DNA from: a virus
Taxonomy: Duplodnaviria; Caudoviricetes
Direction: 5' to 3' (one strand)
IMG/VR virus record: IMGVR_UViG_3300021387_000994
Location: 69,580 to 133,579 of that record
DNA: 64,000 bases
Of the stretch, positions 40,367-50,467 are shown piece after piece. The notes beneath the pieces are model-generated. The model ran no database searches. It saw nothing but the letters and a program-made list of their open reading frames with translations, and was not told the origin of the DNA. The translations under genes were made by a program, and so were the position numbers. Numbering within the stretch: position 1 is the first letter of the stretch; the number at the start of each line of letters is the position of its first letter.

Positions 40367-42220
40367 TTATTGTTTATTCCCAAAGAATTGTGAGAATGGA
40401 TTTTGTCCTGTGTCTGCACCAGACTTTGTATATAGTTCGTTACCAGCTTCCATCAATGCTTTCGATAGAAGTTCCATACATGCTTTACAAGAATCAACAT
40501 CCTTCTCTTCGTAGGCGTTTTTCAAAGCATCGACACTATGTTCAATCTCGGTTTTCTTTTCCTCTGAAATCTTGTCACCACTTTCTTTGATGAAAGCATT
40601 GGCACGGAATATCATTGAGTCAGCACTGTTCAATATATTGACTCTTTCTGCTTCCTTTTTATCTGCTTCTGCATTAGCCTCGGCCTCTGCCTTCATACGA
40701 TTGATTTCGTCTTCACTTAATCCTGAGCTTCCCTCGATACGGATGTTCTGTTGTTTTCCTGTTGCTTTATCGACAGCCGACACTGTAAGGATACCATTGG
40801 CATCAATGTCAAACTTGACTTCGATTTGTGGTACTCCACGGGGTGCCGGCATAATTCCGTCGAGATGGAAACGACCAAGTAGTTTATTATCTTTTGCCAT
40901 AGGTCTTTCACCTTGTAAAACAACAATTTCAACAGATGTCTGCATATCGGCGGCCGTGGTGAAAATTTCTGACTTGGTTGTTGGGATTGTTGTATTTGCC
41001 TCAATCAACTTTGTCATCATGTCACCTTCTGTTAATATACCTAATGACAATGGAGTTACATCAAGTAGAAGAATGTCACCAACACCCTTTTCACCGTTTA
41101 GGATTGCACCTTGAATTGCAGCACCACAAGCGACTGCCTCATCAGGATTCACCGAATGGTTAGGTGCTTTACCAAAGAAATTTTCAACAGCCTTTTGAAT
41201 GGCGGGAATACGAGTAGAACCACCAACAAGAATAATCTCATCAATCTCTTCTTTGTTGATGTTTGCTTTCTTAATTGCAGACTCACAAGGAATAAGTGTT
41301 CTGTTTATAATACCATCTATAAGACTTTCAAACTTTGCACGAGTAAGTGTTGATGTGAAGTGTTGTGGCCCATTTTCAGTTACTGTGATATACGGGAGAT
41401 TTATTTCTGTGGATAGACTCGATGAAAGTTCTATTTTAGCCTTTTCAGCAGCCTCCTTTAATCTCTGCATAGCCATAGAATCTTTTGACAAATCAATTCC
41501 ACTTTGTTTCTTGAACTCATCTACCATCCAGTCAATAAGTGTGTAGTCAACATCATCACCACCAAGATGAGTATCACCATCTGTTGAAAGTACCTCGAAG
41601 ATACCATCACCAAGTTCAAGAATTGAAATGTCAAATGTCCCTCCTCCGAAGTCGTAAACTGCTATTTTTCTGTCAGTTGCATTTTTATCCAATCCATAAG
41701 CAAGTGCTGCTGCTGTAGGTTCATTGATAATTCTTCTGACATTCAAACCAGCAATTTCACCAGCTTCCTTTGTAGCCTGACGTTGACTATCGTTAAAATA
41801 AGCAGGTACTGTAATAACAGCATCGGTGATTGTTTCTCCACAATAATCCTCTGCTGTTTTTTTCATCTTTTGAAGGATGAGTGCAGATATTTCTTGTGGT
41901 GTGTAAAGTTTCCCATCAATTGAAACTTTTGGCATATTGTTATCTGACTTAACAACATCATATGAGACTTTTTCAATCTCGTTTGTTACATCAGAATACG
42001 ATTCACCCATAAATCTTTTAATAGAATGAACCGTTCTTTTTGGGTTTGTAATTGCTTGGCGTTTTGCACTGTCTCCGACTTTTTTCTCACTGTCGGTAAA
42101 TCCTACAATAGATGGGGTTGTTCTGTTTCCTTCAGAATTTGTAATCACTGTGGGAACATTACCCTCAACAACGGCAACACATGAGTTTGTTGTACCTAAA
42201 TCAATTCCTATTACTTTCAT
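40367..42220 (-). CDS. dnaK: Hsp70 chaperone DnaK
   Basis: [34 protein letters not shown] and NPDEAVA. Confidence 0.98.
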   Translation of the reverse strand: MKVIGIDLGTTNSCVAVVEGNVPTVITNSEGNRTTPSIVGFTDSEKKVGDSAKRQAITNPKRTVHSIKRFMGESYSDVTNEIEKVSYDVVKSDNNMPKVSIDGKLYTPQEISALILQKMKKTAEDYCGETITDAVITVPAYFNDSQRQATKEAGEIAGLNVRRIINEPTAAALAYGLDKNATDRKIAVYDFGGGTFDISILELGDGIFEVLSTDGDTHLGGDDVDYTLIDWMVDEFKKQSGIDLSKDSMAMQRLKEAAEKAKIELSSSLSTEINLPYITVTENGPQHFTSTLTRAKFESLIDGIINRTLIPCESAIKKANINKEEIDEIILVGGSTRIPAIQKAVENFFGKAPNHSVNPDEAVACGAAIQGAILNGEKGVGDILLLDVTPLSLGILTEGDMMTKLIEANTTIPTTKSEIFTTAADMQTSVEIVVLQGERPMAKDNKLLGRFHLDGIMPAPRGVPQIEVKFDIDANGILTVSAVDKATGKQQNIRIEGSSGLSEDEINRMKAEAEANAEADKKEAERVNILNSADSMIFRANAFIKESGDKISEEKKTEIEHSVDALKNAYEEKDVDSCKACMELLSKALMEAGNELYTKSGADTGQNPFSQFFGNKQ

Positions 42221-42263
42221 AATTTAAAAAACTATTTTATAATTAAACTAATCTAAATATAAC

Positions 42264-42301
42264 AAAAAAAAAAGACAAACATCTTCGTCTGTCTTTTTTT
42301 T
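42264..42301 (-). terminator. Intrinsic terminator
   Basis: A-tract GACA...TGTC T-tract. The minus-strand stem GACAGAC/GUUUGUC pairs with G-U. Confidence 0.75.
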
Positions 42302-42303
42302 AA

Positions 42304-42981
42304 TTATACTTCACCTTTTTTGAAAGAATCGTTTGCTTTTTTAGTGAATTTGTTCTTTCTCGAACCTTTTCTGAAATCGGCAGACCTCCTTATGAGTTCT
42401 TTTTCTGGAATTTTTTCTCCAGACTTGAAAGTCTTATCCTTATCTTCGTGATGGTCTTTTTCTCCATCTTCATGCTCATGTTCAATATGCTTTTCTTTCT
42501 TTATTGGTTCTTCGGTCTCGTGTTCTTTATGCTTCTCTTTTTCTTCCTCGTCTTTCTTCTCTTCTTTTTCTCTATCCTCTTTCTCCCTTTCTTTAATACG
42601 AACTGCCTTTTTCTCCTCTTCTTTTTTCTTTCTTTCCATCTCTTCTTTTTTTCTTAAAAGTTCGTCGATGGTGTCATCTGTTATTTCAACCAATTTTTTA
42701 ATTTTTATGAACTTAAAAGACCTAAAACTTCTCCATTCCATTTTTTCCAAATCGTAATAGACCATTTGATATTCCGGTTTAGGAGCACCGGTTCCTTTTA
42801 TCGGTGGAAGAAAATCTGGATGGAGTGTTCCGACAGCGGTTCTTATCGAGCCGTCTCGTTTTTGAAATTTGAACGTTACTATGTTATGACGGAGTAAATT
42901 TCTCATTTTTTCTCTATCTTTTTTAATGAGACTTCCTTTAATAGATTCGTTCAAAACATATTCTAAATAATTAAAAATCAT
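42304..42981 (-). CDS. SH3/WYL_2 (DUF2693)-like protein with K/E/H-rich tail
   Basis: VTFKFQKRDGSIRTAVGTL ... YYDLEKMEWRSF. Confidence 0.7.
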   Translation of the reverse strand: MIFNYLEYVLNESIKGSLIKKDREKMRNLLRHNIVTFKFQKRDGSIRTAVGTLHPDFLPPIKGTGAPKPEYQMVYYDLEKMEWRSFRSFKFIKIKKLVEITDDTIDELLRKKEEMERKKKEEEKKAVRIKEREKEDREKEEKKDEEEKEKHKEHETEEPIKKEKHIEHEHEDGEKDHHEDKDKTFKSGEKIPEKELIRRSADFRKGSRKNKFTKKANDSFKKGEV

Positions 42982-43589
42982 TTCTTTTTATCTTTTTTAT
43001 TTTCAGAATCCGATACAGTCCGTATCATTCTCATCAAATCCTTCTGACTATTTGACTTATAACCGGATGATACTTCTGTTGCAGTAGTGTCTTCTATGCT
43101 CATACTATCTTTTTCCAAAGCAATCTTACGATAGTCCTCTTCGGCTGTGGCAACATAATTCGTTTGTGTTTTAACGAGGTCGATAAATGTTCTTTGCAGA
43201 TTTCCAAGTGCATCGAATAGTTTTGGGTTTATATCACCCATCTCAATATTTTCCATAAGCAGTGATATTGCTCGCTCACTAACCTCCATCTGGTTCATAA
43301 TCTTACCAAGTGTCATTGAGTCGAGATTCACTTTCGCCTGTACATATTCTGATTTGGTGATAAAACCATCTGAAAGATAAAGTCTTAAAAGACTTTTCAT
43401 CACATTCTCTGCTTTCTCCTTTGCCTTTAAGATTGACTTGTTTTCATTTTCTTTGACCGGAGATGGAGCCCTTTTGAATGTAAGTGTTGTTGCATCGACA
43501 TCAGCATTTATATCGATGTCATTTTCAGTTAAAAGGTCTGCAATACTGTTTCTATATGGGTTTTCTTCTTTAATGTCTTTTTTGCTCAT
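42978..43589 (-). CDS. Terminase small subunit-like (T4 gp16-like)
   Basis: NPKLFDALGNL resembles gp16 PRAYEV. C-terminal NSQKDLMRMI resembles GSTxDL. Late operon. Confidence 0.5.
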   Translation of the reverse strand: MSKKDIKEENPYRNSIADLLTENDIDINADVDATTLTFKRAPSPVKENENKSILKAKEKAENVMKSLLRLYLSDGFITKSEYVQAKVNLDSMTLGKIMNQMEVSERAISLLMENIEMGDINPKLFDALGNLQRTFIDLVKTQTNYVATAEEDYRKIALEKDSMSIEDTTATEVSSGYKSNSQKDLMRMIRTVSDSENKKDKKK

Positions 43590-43596
43590 AACTTAA

Positions 43597-44790
43597 TTAA
43601 ATGTAAATATAAAAGGTTTCATCATCTACTGAAACTTCATATTCTTCACCAGTTTCAGTAGAAAGTTCTTTTTCTGGTCCATCTACATCGACACATAATT
43701 CTGCTAATTTTCTAAGGTCATAATAATAATGATACAATATACCACTGGAATTAAAAATTTCATCATCAACCGTATAATCTTCACTCATTTTTTCACCAAA
43801 CTCATCGCTGTAGTCATCGTCGTCGAATAATGGGGAATTATAGTCTAGTTCAAAATATTCTTCAGTCTTTTCCACCAATCCATATTTTATCAATGCCTCA
43901 GATTGTTCTTCTGTGTCATAATCATCGACAATACTTACAGCTTCTTTCTCAGATATATTTTTATCGTCAATAATCGCTTGTATCAAATCTTCCCTATACT
44001 CATCAAAATCAAAATTTTGTTTTTCAAGGTCACATTTAAAATAATCTGTTGTATCTTCTATAATACCTTGTTCTATCAGTTCGTCATAAAATCTGTTACC
44101 ATGTTCACCTTTTTCTCTCTTTATATTATCTATATAATCATCACTATAATATTCTTTTTGTGCTTCTTTAATTTCATCTTCGTCAATCCATTCTGTCCCA
44201 TATACACTAGTATAATGTTGGACCATACGTTCAGACATTGAATCAGAGAATTCACCGTCTAAGTAATCATATGTCCTTTCCACTGCATCTGAAATAGCAT
44301 TATCTCTGTCGTCATAAACATAAAAACTATAACCATTATTTTCAATTTCGTAAAATTTTTCTTTTGGTGTTTCTTTGACAAAAATTTCTTCATCTTTATC
44401 AAAATATTCTGAATCACCAAGTTCATACATTACTTTTACCATTAGAAAATCATCAGTGGTTAAATCGTAGTCACTAGATGCAAATGGTTTAAATCCTTTA
44501 GAAATGATTTTTCCTTTCACACTATGTAAGTCTGATTCCGTTATATAGTGGAAATTATACAAACCATCTTTCATAGAAAGACATATAAAAACTGGTTCAG
44601 TAAAGAAATCAAATTTCTTTTTTATAAAGTATTTATCACCATTATCGTCTATTGTGGTGATATTCGTTAAAAAGTCAAAATCTTTAAATTTCAATATATA
44701 TTTTTTTTCATCTATTTCGAAAATTCTTCCCTCATCGTCTCTCACTCTTTCTTCAAAATATTCTTCTGTTAAAGTTTTCAATATACCCAT
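43597..44790 (-). CDS. Highly acidic late protein, possible internal head protein
   Basis: 397 aa, D/E/Y-rich, N-terminus MGILKTLTEEYFEE. CATAAATA at 44814-44821. Confidence 0.55.
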   Translation of the reverse strand: MGILKTLTEEYFEERVRDDEGRIFEIDEKKYILKFKDFDFLTNITTIDDNGDKYFIKKKFDFFTEPVFICLSMKDGLYNFHYITESDLHSVKGKIISKGFKPFASSDYDLTTDDFLMVKVMYELGDSEYFDKDEEIFVKETPKEKFYEIENNGYSFYVYDDRDNAISDAVERTYDYLDGEFSDSMSERMVQHYTSVYGTEWIDEDEIKEAQKEYYSDDYIDNIKREKGEHGNRFYDELIEQGIIEDTTDYFKCDLEKQNFDFDEYREDLIQAIIDDKNISEKEAVSIVDDYDTEEQSEALIKYGLVEKTEEYFELDYNSPLFDDDDYSDEFGEKMSEDYTVDDEIFNSSGILYHYYYDLRKLAELCVDVDGPEKELSTETGEEYEVSVDDETFYIYI

Positions 44791-44823
44791 TGTATAAAAT
44801 TATATATATATTTTATTTATGTG

Positions 44824-44862
44824 AAAAGGTTCGTTTCACATATAGTGTAACGAACCTTTTTT
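44824..44862 (-). terminator. Intrinsic terminator
   Basis: AAAAGGTTCGTT...AACGAACCTTTT. Confidence 0.8.
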
Positions 44863-45094
44863 AAAGTTGAACGTGTTCCAAAAAATCTTGTTTGCTTACT
44901 TGAATATCCTTTAAATCTGGATGGATTGTTTCATATAGCATTATTTGTCTTTTGAGTGAATCTATGTGTTTTTTAACAGATTCTTCAATTTCAAGTGTGG
45001 GATGTACTTTTTCCATTAAATTGGATATAATTTTATAAAATTCATCTTCTTTTATGAGTTTATATCCAAAAATACTAAAATTTTTTTTTAACAT
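44861..45094 (-). CDS. Small hypothetical protein
   Basis: ORF ends at a terminator hairpin. First ATG at 45094. Confidence 0.45.
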   Translation of the reverse strand: MLKKNFSIFGYKLIKEDEFYKIISNLMEKVHPTLEIEESVKKHIDSLKRQIMLYETIHPDLKDIQVSKQDFLEHVQL

Positions 45095-45186
45095 AACTAC
45101 CAATTTTTTACAATATCACCAAAATTCATTCTTTCATATTTTTAAGTTATTCTCTAACATCATCATTTTAACACAATTTATTGTCA

Positions 45187-45498
45187 TTATAAATGTGTTT
45201 TAATTTTTTTAATCAAATCTTCCATACTATATGCACCTACTATTCTTTCAACGATATTCCCATTTTTGAAAATGAGTGTCGTAGGTATGTTTCTGATACG
45301 TAATTCTGTAGTCAAGTCTTCTATTTCTTCGACATCTGCTTCACAGATTGTGACACCTTCGATGTTCTTCTCCAAGGATTCAATCACATTGTGCATCGTC
45401 TTGCATGGACCACACCATTCTGCACCAAACTTAATCAACACGACATCATTATTGTGAATAATGTCATTAAACTCATCTTTTGTTCTAATTTCAATCAT
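45187..45498 (-). CDS. trxA: Thioredoxin
   Basis: WCGPC active site and IRNIPT. Confidence 0.95.
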   Translation of the reverse strand: MIEIRTKDEFNDIIHNNDVVLIKFGAEWCGPCKTMHNVIESLEKNIEGVTICEADVEEIEDLTTELRIRNIPTTLIFKNGNIVERIVGAYSMEDLIKKIKTHL

Positions 45499-45501
45499 AA
45501 T

Positions 45502-45969
45502 TTATTTTTTTGTTTGATAGTATTTTGTAATGTCTTTCCATTTATCCTCACCGACGTGCTTAAACATCTTCTGATTTGTTGTCGGTGAATTAAGGGGACC
45601 CAAGTCTTTTATATATGGTCCGGTCTTAATATAGTCAAACTCTTGCAACTCATTCAACGGCAAGTTTTCGTTTCCGGAAAACAAGGCGACTTTCATTCCC
45701 TCATATTTTTCTTTTATATACTTTGCATATTTTTTCATCTCAATCCAACTGGAGGAACTTCCGTGACCCATGAAACAAATGCAAGAAATGCCTTTATTTT
45801 TACTCAAAAGTTTGTCGATGGACACTTCATCCAATTCATCACCAATATCGTCCCACAAGTGCTTGGAATGACATTCTGGGCAGTGAAAAGAACAGTTGGA
45901 TATATTGACACATAAGGTTATCTCATCAGGTATTTCTTCAAACACCACTTGTGTATCTACGTATTTCAT
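45502..45969 (-). CDS. nrdG: Anaerobic RNR activase (radical SAM)
   Basis: CSFHCPEC and YIKTGPY...SPTTNQ. Adjacent to nrdD. Confidence 0.93.
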   Translation of the reverse strand: MKYVDTQVVFEEIPDEITLCVNISNCSFHCPECHSKHLWDDIGDELDEVSIDKLLSKNKGISCICFMGHGSSSSWIEMKKYAKYIKEKYEGMKVALFSGNENLPLNELQEFDYIKTGPYIKDLGPLNSPTTNQKMFKHVGEDKWKDITKYYQTKK

Positions 45970-45983
45970 ATTAAAAATATAAC

Positions 45984-46017
45984 AAAAAAGGGAAAGAAAT
46001 TTCTTTCCCTTTTTTTT
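45984..46017 (-). terminator. Intrinsic terminator after nrdD
   Basis: AAAAAAGGGAAAGA-loop-TCTTTCCCTTTTTT. Confidence 0.85.
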
Positions 46018-46019
46018 AT

Positions 46020-49000
46020 TTATTCTATACTTTTATTATAATATCTCATACTTTCCTCAACCTGTCTTGGTTCGGCAAAACTTTTGACACGTTTCAGATA
46101 ACCGATGATTCTTGTGAGTTTATCAATATCAGTGCTTCCACAGTGTGGACATTTGTCGAGGTCGTGTTTAGAAATATATCCACACTTGTTGCAAGCCGTA
46201 TTTCTTACATTGTAAGTGAAGTAGTTGCATCCAACGGAAGCAGCATATTTCAACAACTTACGGTTCTGCTCTTTCGAAAGGTGTTCGGCGAGATTGATAT
46301 GACAAGCGGAACCACCGTCGAGGTACTGAACATAATCCTTTCCGTGAAGTCTCATCTTTTCTAGAACACTCAACGACTCATCTTCCGGATTGAAGAAATA
46401 TGATGAGTACATAATGTGCTTTTCACTCACAAAGTAACCGTCTTTCTTATCCCAATTGTAGTTCTTGTTTGAAAGATTCTCACCGGGAACAAACTCAGTG
46501 TTGAACATACAGTCACGAGTCTTGTCTTTCTTGTTTGCAATATTGATTGTCTCGAGAATTATATTCACAAATTCCCCGTATTCATCATTGTCTGTACATT
46601 CAATTCCAAGGAACTCGGCAGCATCTGTCAAACCATTTACACCGACGGTGAGATATTGCTTTCTCATGTTGATGAAACCGGCACGATAAACATCGAGCAT
46701 ATTTGCTTCATAGAAGTCTTTGATGATTGAGTTGAAAGCGGTCTGATACTTATGGACATTCTCTGTACACTCTGTGATATTTTCCTTAATTTTTTCAATG
46801 ATACGGTCTCTCAAATCCTTATTTTGTTTATTTAAAAAGAATTGATTACCAAGTTCAAACTTATCACCATTCTCTTCAAAAAATTCAATTATTGAGTTTT
46901 GAATAATTCTATTTAAATTAATAGTCATAACTGATTTAGAACCAGTTGCAACCGAAGCAGTACCCATAGAGAATTGGTGTGTATTGTGATTGTGTTCATC
47001 ATCTTCATTGTCTTTCAATGAGTTTCGAAGTCGGCAACAGCTTGACAATGAATCTGGTGAGTCAGAAAGATATGTGAAAAATGAATGACCATCTGCATAC
47101 ATTTCTGCTGTGAAGTCTGCATATTCCTCATCGACCAAATCATTTCCATCTGTGAGGCAAGCCATTGTCTCGACTGGGAATGTGAGAACATATTTTGTTC
47201 TTTCTTGATTAAACCATTTCATAAATTTCTTCTGTAACCAAGAAAGGGTTTCCCATTTTGGTGCAGTTCCGTCTGGGAATCTGAAGTCACCGAACACACC
47301 TTCAAAATATCCTTTGTCAAAATATCCGACGTTCCAAAAAACAGTCTGGTACCCACGGTTACCAGCGGGCATATTCATCGAATGAACGACTTGTTGGAAA
47401 CCATTTTCAATTACTTGTTCAAGTGTTCTGCCTTTTTTATTAAGTTCTACTTTCGTATCAAGTAAGTTAAGGTAGTCATCACCATAGTCTTTTCTTACGA
47501 AATAGTCAAAATACATTAAAAATTCTGGGGTGGCTACAGCACCAGCGAACTGACTCGATACAGAATAAACGAGATTGATAAATTCACCACAGAATGATTT
47601 CAAGTCTGTTGGTGCTGTCGATTGTCCACCGAGTCCGGTCAATCCGTCTACTAGGAAAGGATACATTGTAATGGCGACACAATTGTGAACAAGAATATTG
47701 TTGCATGAGAATGTTCTTGTGTCTGTTGTTATATCGTATATAAAATCATTCAATCCCAAGAATGAATCTTCGTCGTTTATCTTTTCTACGGATGTTATTG
47801 TTGTCTCACCACTTTTCTTGTATTTCAAAGATGTTTCGGAAATCCTTACGTTTTTGAGTTTTTCACACAATTCTAATTTTACAGAATCGTTTCTTACAGA
47901 TGCATTAACACCCCATAAAGTATATCTTGTTTTATACGAACCATTGTTTCCGAAAGGAAGTCTTTGTATGGTGTTTCCGACACCGTATCCGAAATGTCTG
48001 AGTAAAGAAGTTGTCTGTACTATTGCCGACCTTGATGAAAGTCTTATTGATAGTTGACAATCGTTTATAGTACCATCCGAATCAATTAGACCGGAAACAA
48101 CACCTTTTGCAAAATTTTCATTGAGTTCAAATATATTTGCTGGAAGAGTCTTGTTTTCAGATTTATCTTGTATCATAAAATATTCGTCTAGAATCCACCA
48201 AACAATATCGTTAGAAATTGTCAATGTATAACAATTTGTCTTATCTCTTTTATATCTTATAATTCCAGCAACTCCTAGAGATTCAAAAAGTATGTCGTTT
48301 AATTTTTCCAATGTTTCACGGTTCTTTTGTGTAATTACTATTGAACCATTGTTTTTTGAATTGTTGAAATTTCCGTCACCAACAAAGAAACCGACAAAAT
48401 AACCGAACTTTTCATCAAGGTTCAAATACCTTTTGAAAACATTATGTGAATATGTCATGCAATATTTTTCCGTAAAATGTTCGATATTAAGACATACGGA
48501 AAGGTCTAAAACGGATGCTCCATCAAAAACTATAGATTCGTCTGTCTTGAATTGTGCCATTCCTTCGGAGTGTATGGCCTCAACAGTATCGTTAACATCA
48601 TCTTTATTAACAATCATAGGATGGTTGTCAGTAACAACAACATCCTCTCCGAAAGCGGTTTTTACTCTAACGAGGTCTCTTTTTCTCTCCTTTTTGGTGA
48701 TGACACTTACTTTTGTAAATACATTTCCTTTGTCTTTAACGTATAAATTTTCCGGTCTTTTTTGGTATACGTTATCGATTTCGTTAACAAGAACGCTTTC
48801 TTCTTCTACTATATTCCATAAAAGGTCAAATGGAACAAATAGATGTCTTTCACCATATTTCACCTCAACAACTTCTTTTGATGAATACGTATAAGGCATT
48901 CCTGGAATTGCCGTCTCGTCATGTTTATAAATTCTATGAGTTTCAAGGTCATAGATGTATCTATCAGCAAGTTTCTTACTGTACATCATCTTGATACGGT

Positions 49001-49430
49001 CATAAAGGAGGTATCTGTTCTCTTTGATGTTTTCTTCTTTATAGAGTTCTGTACCCATCGTGACAACGTTTTTGTTTGACACGTTGGCGTTAGCATCAAA
49101 TTTAGAACCGGTTGCAGCGTTACTCGCTTCAATATAATTCTTGATGAAGTCGGATTTTTTCTTTTTGAAATTAATGTCACTGTTGATAGTGTCGTATTTC
49201 TTCATATACTCACGAGCGACTTTCTTATTAACACTCATCAATGCATTTTCAACAAGTCTTCTAATTTCTGAACTTGTCATATTTTCATATACAAACAAAT
49301 TGTCGGCAATGTTTTTTATCAAACTTTCATCGACTTCCTCACCAATCGACTCATATGCACAAGTTATACCATGTATAATCTTGTCTTTGCTGTACTCTTC
49401 AAGAGACCCATCCGTTTTTCTTATATTCAT
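46020..49430 (-). CDS. nrdD: Class III anaerobic ribonucleotide reductase with ATP-cone and an intein
   Basis: ATP-cone N-terminus, YKHDET, LSSCCRL, CxxC...CxxC and RIIGYL glycyl-radical motif. Confidence 0.96.
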   Translation of the reverse strand: MNIRKTDGSLEEYSKDKIIHGITCAYESIGEEVDESLIKNIADNLFVYENMTSSEIRRLVENALMSVNKKVAREYMKKYDTINSDINFKKKKSDFIKNYIEASNAATGSKFDANANVSNKNVVTMGTELYKEENIKENRYLLYDRIKMMYSKKLADRYIYDLETHRIYKHDETAIPGMPYTYSSKEVVEVKYGERHLFVPFDLLWNIVEEESVLVNEIDNVYQKRPENLYVKDKGNVFTKVSVITKKERKRDLVRVKTAFGEDVVVTDNHPMIVNKDDVNDTVEAIHSEGMAQFKTDESIVFDGASVLDLSVCLNIEHFTEKYCMTYSHNVFKRYLNLDEKFGYFVGFFVGDGNFNNSKNNGSIVITQKNRETLEKLNDILFESLGVAGIIRYKRDKTNCYTLTISNDIVWWILDEYFMIQDKSENKTLPANIFELNENFAKGVVSGLIDSDGTINDCQLSIRLSSRSAIVQTTSLLRHFGYGVGNTIQRLPFGNNGSYKTRYTLWGVNASVRNDSVKLELCEKLKNVRISETSLKYKKSGETTITSVEKINDEDSFLGLNDFIYDITTDTRTFSCNNILVHNCVAITMYPFLVDGLTGLGGQSTAPTDLKSFCGEFINLVYSVSSQFAGAVATPEFLMYFDYFVRKDYGDDYLNLLDTKVELNKKGRTLEQVIENGFQQVVHSMNMPAGNRGYQTVFWNVGYFDKGYFEGVFGDFRFPDGTAPKWETLSWLQKKFMKWFNQERTKYVLTFPVETMACLTDGNDLVDEEYADFTAEMYADGHSFFTYLSDSPDSLSSCCRLRNSLKDNEDDEHNHNTHQFSMGTASVATGSKSVMTINLNRIIQNSIIEFFEENGDKFELGNQFFLNKQNKDLRDRIIEKIKENITECTENVHKYQTAFNSIIKDFYEANMLDVYRAGFINMRKQYLTVGVNGLTDAAEFLGIECTDNDEYGEFVNIILETINIANKKDKTRDCMFNTEFVPGENLSNKNYNWDKKDGYFVSEKHIMYSSYFFNPEDESLSVLEKMRLHGKDYVQYLDGGSACHINLAEHLSKEQNRKLLKYAASVGCNYFTYNVRNTACNKCGYISKHDLDKCPHCGSTDIDKLTRIIGYLKRVKSFAEPRQVEESMRYYNKSIE
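47682..48890 (-). mobile_element. 403-aa intein with LAGLIDADG homing endonuclease (NrdD residues 181-583)
   Basis: Interrupts PY|CVAITMYPF. Block B TDNH, LAGLIDADG motifs VGFFVGDG and SGLIDSDG, block F IYDITT, ends LVHN before Cys. Confidence 0.92.
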
Positions 49431-49446
49431 ACTGTGTTATTTTATT

Positions 49447-49989
49447 TTATTTTTTTAATTCTTGAATATTATTTATAAATTCAGAAACTTCTTTTTCAGA
49501 ATGCAAACATATTGTATAACAGTTGAAATCTTCAAAGTCTATTTCGTCTGCACTTATTCTTCTTTCAACTGTGTCATCAATATTTCCGCCATTATATCTA
49601 TTTGATAATCTTTTAATTCTGATTTCTTTTGGAATATCTAGATATATTATTTTACAGAAATCCAATAAGTTCGGATAATTATATTTTAATTCATTTATGT
49701 TAGACACACTAACTACGGCGACATCACATTCCTCAAAGTCTTTTTTTACAAAACCATACCACCACGTTTTGAAATTTTTAACAGATAAAAATTTCATTTC
49801 AAGTATCATTTTTCCCATAAGTTTTTGTGATATGAAATGGTACTCAGTTCCGTTTTCTGTAGGTCTCATAGGTCTTGTGGTATATTGTATAAGTGGTTTG
49901 TATCCTTTTTCAACAAACCTGTCCTGCAACCAGTCTTTTCCTGAGCCTCCTGGTCCAACAATAAGATATTTATACCTCTTTTCTGCCAT
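49447..49989 (-). CDS. gmk: Guanylate kinase-like nucleotide kinase
   Basis: GPGGSGKD P-loop, YTTRPMRPTE..EYHFIS and WWYG. Confidence 0.8.
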   Translation of the reverse strand: MAEKRYKYLIVGPGGSGKDWLQDRFVEKGYKPLIQYTTRPMRPTENGTEYHFISQKLMGKMILEMKFLSVKNFKTWWYGFVKKDFEECDVAVVSVSNINELKYNYPNLLDFCKIIYLDIPKEIRIKRLSNRYNGGNIDDTVERRISADEIDFEDFNCYTICLHSEKEVSEFINNIQELKK

Positions 49990-50191
49990 GTTTAAAATTG
50001 TATATTTTTTTCAGAAAATCGTCTGATATACTTTCGTCTATTTCTTTGATTTTTTTTATAAAATCATCTTCTTCTGTATTTTGCATGTCTATGTCAATAA
50101 AATCCCCATCAGAAAGAAATAGTCTTATATTGTTATTTATATCAAACTTTATTCCTTTTATTTTACCGTTTGTACTCTTTAATATAAACAT
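49970..50191 (-). CDS. Small hypothetical protein
   Basis: 73 aa, directly after the promoter motif at 50200-50212. Confidence 0.55.
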   Translation of the reverse strand: MFILKSTNGKIKGIKFDINNNIRLFLSDGDFIDIDMQNTEEDDFIKKIKEIDESISDDFLKKIYNFKHGRKEV

Positions 50192-50210
50192 AATATTATA
50201 AAAATAACAA

Positions 50211-50238
50211 AAGTCTCACAAAATTAATTGTGAGACTT
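50211..50238 (-). terminator. Intrinsic terminator
   Basis: AAGTCTCACAA-loop-TTGTGAGACTT. Confidence 0.75.
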
Positions 50239-50263
50239 CTTTTAAAATGAAAACAAAAAAAAA

Positions 50264-50467
50264 TTAAAGACCGAATATTTTTACAACCAACCAAAGTAGT
50301 CCTACGAACAAACCAGCTTCGAGCAAAAAGGCGAGCACTCCTCCAAAAAGAGCAAACGGAAGAGTCAATATATCCCAAACCCAAGCAAGGATGTCAAGTA
50401 GGACTGGACCGAAAAACTTTATCACAATGATAAGTAATACTATAGATATGATGATTGTTGTTATCAT
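50264..50467 (-). CDS. Small membrane protein
   Basis: 67 aa, almost entirely hydrophobic, ATGA-coupled to the upstream gene. Confidence 0.6.
   Translation of the reverse strand: MITTIIISIVLLIIVIKFFGPVLLDILAWVWDILTLPFALFGGVLAFLLEAGLFVGLLWLVVKIFGL

Noticed and set aside
40367-42220. dnaK as host chromosomal contamination or a prophage boundary
   Set aside because: It is flanked by the phage's own promoter and terminator motifs and by virion genes on both sides.
45094-45187. ATG overlapping the trxA stop is in frame with the 44861 ORF through two TGA codons
   Set aside because: In-frame by chance one time in three, TGA acts as a stop elsewhere, and there is no supporting homology. It may be a decayed 5' end.
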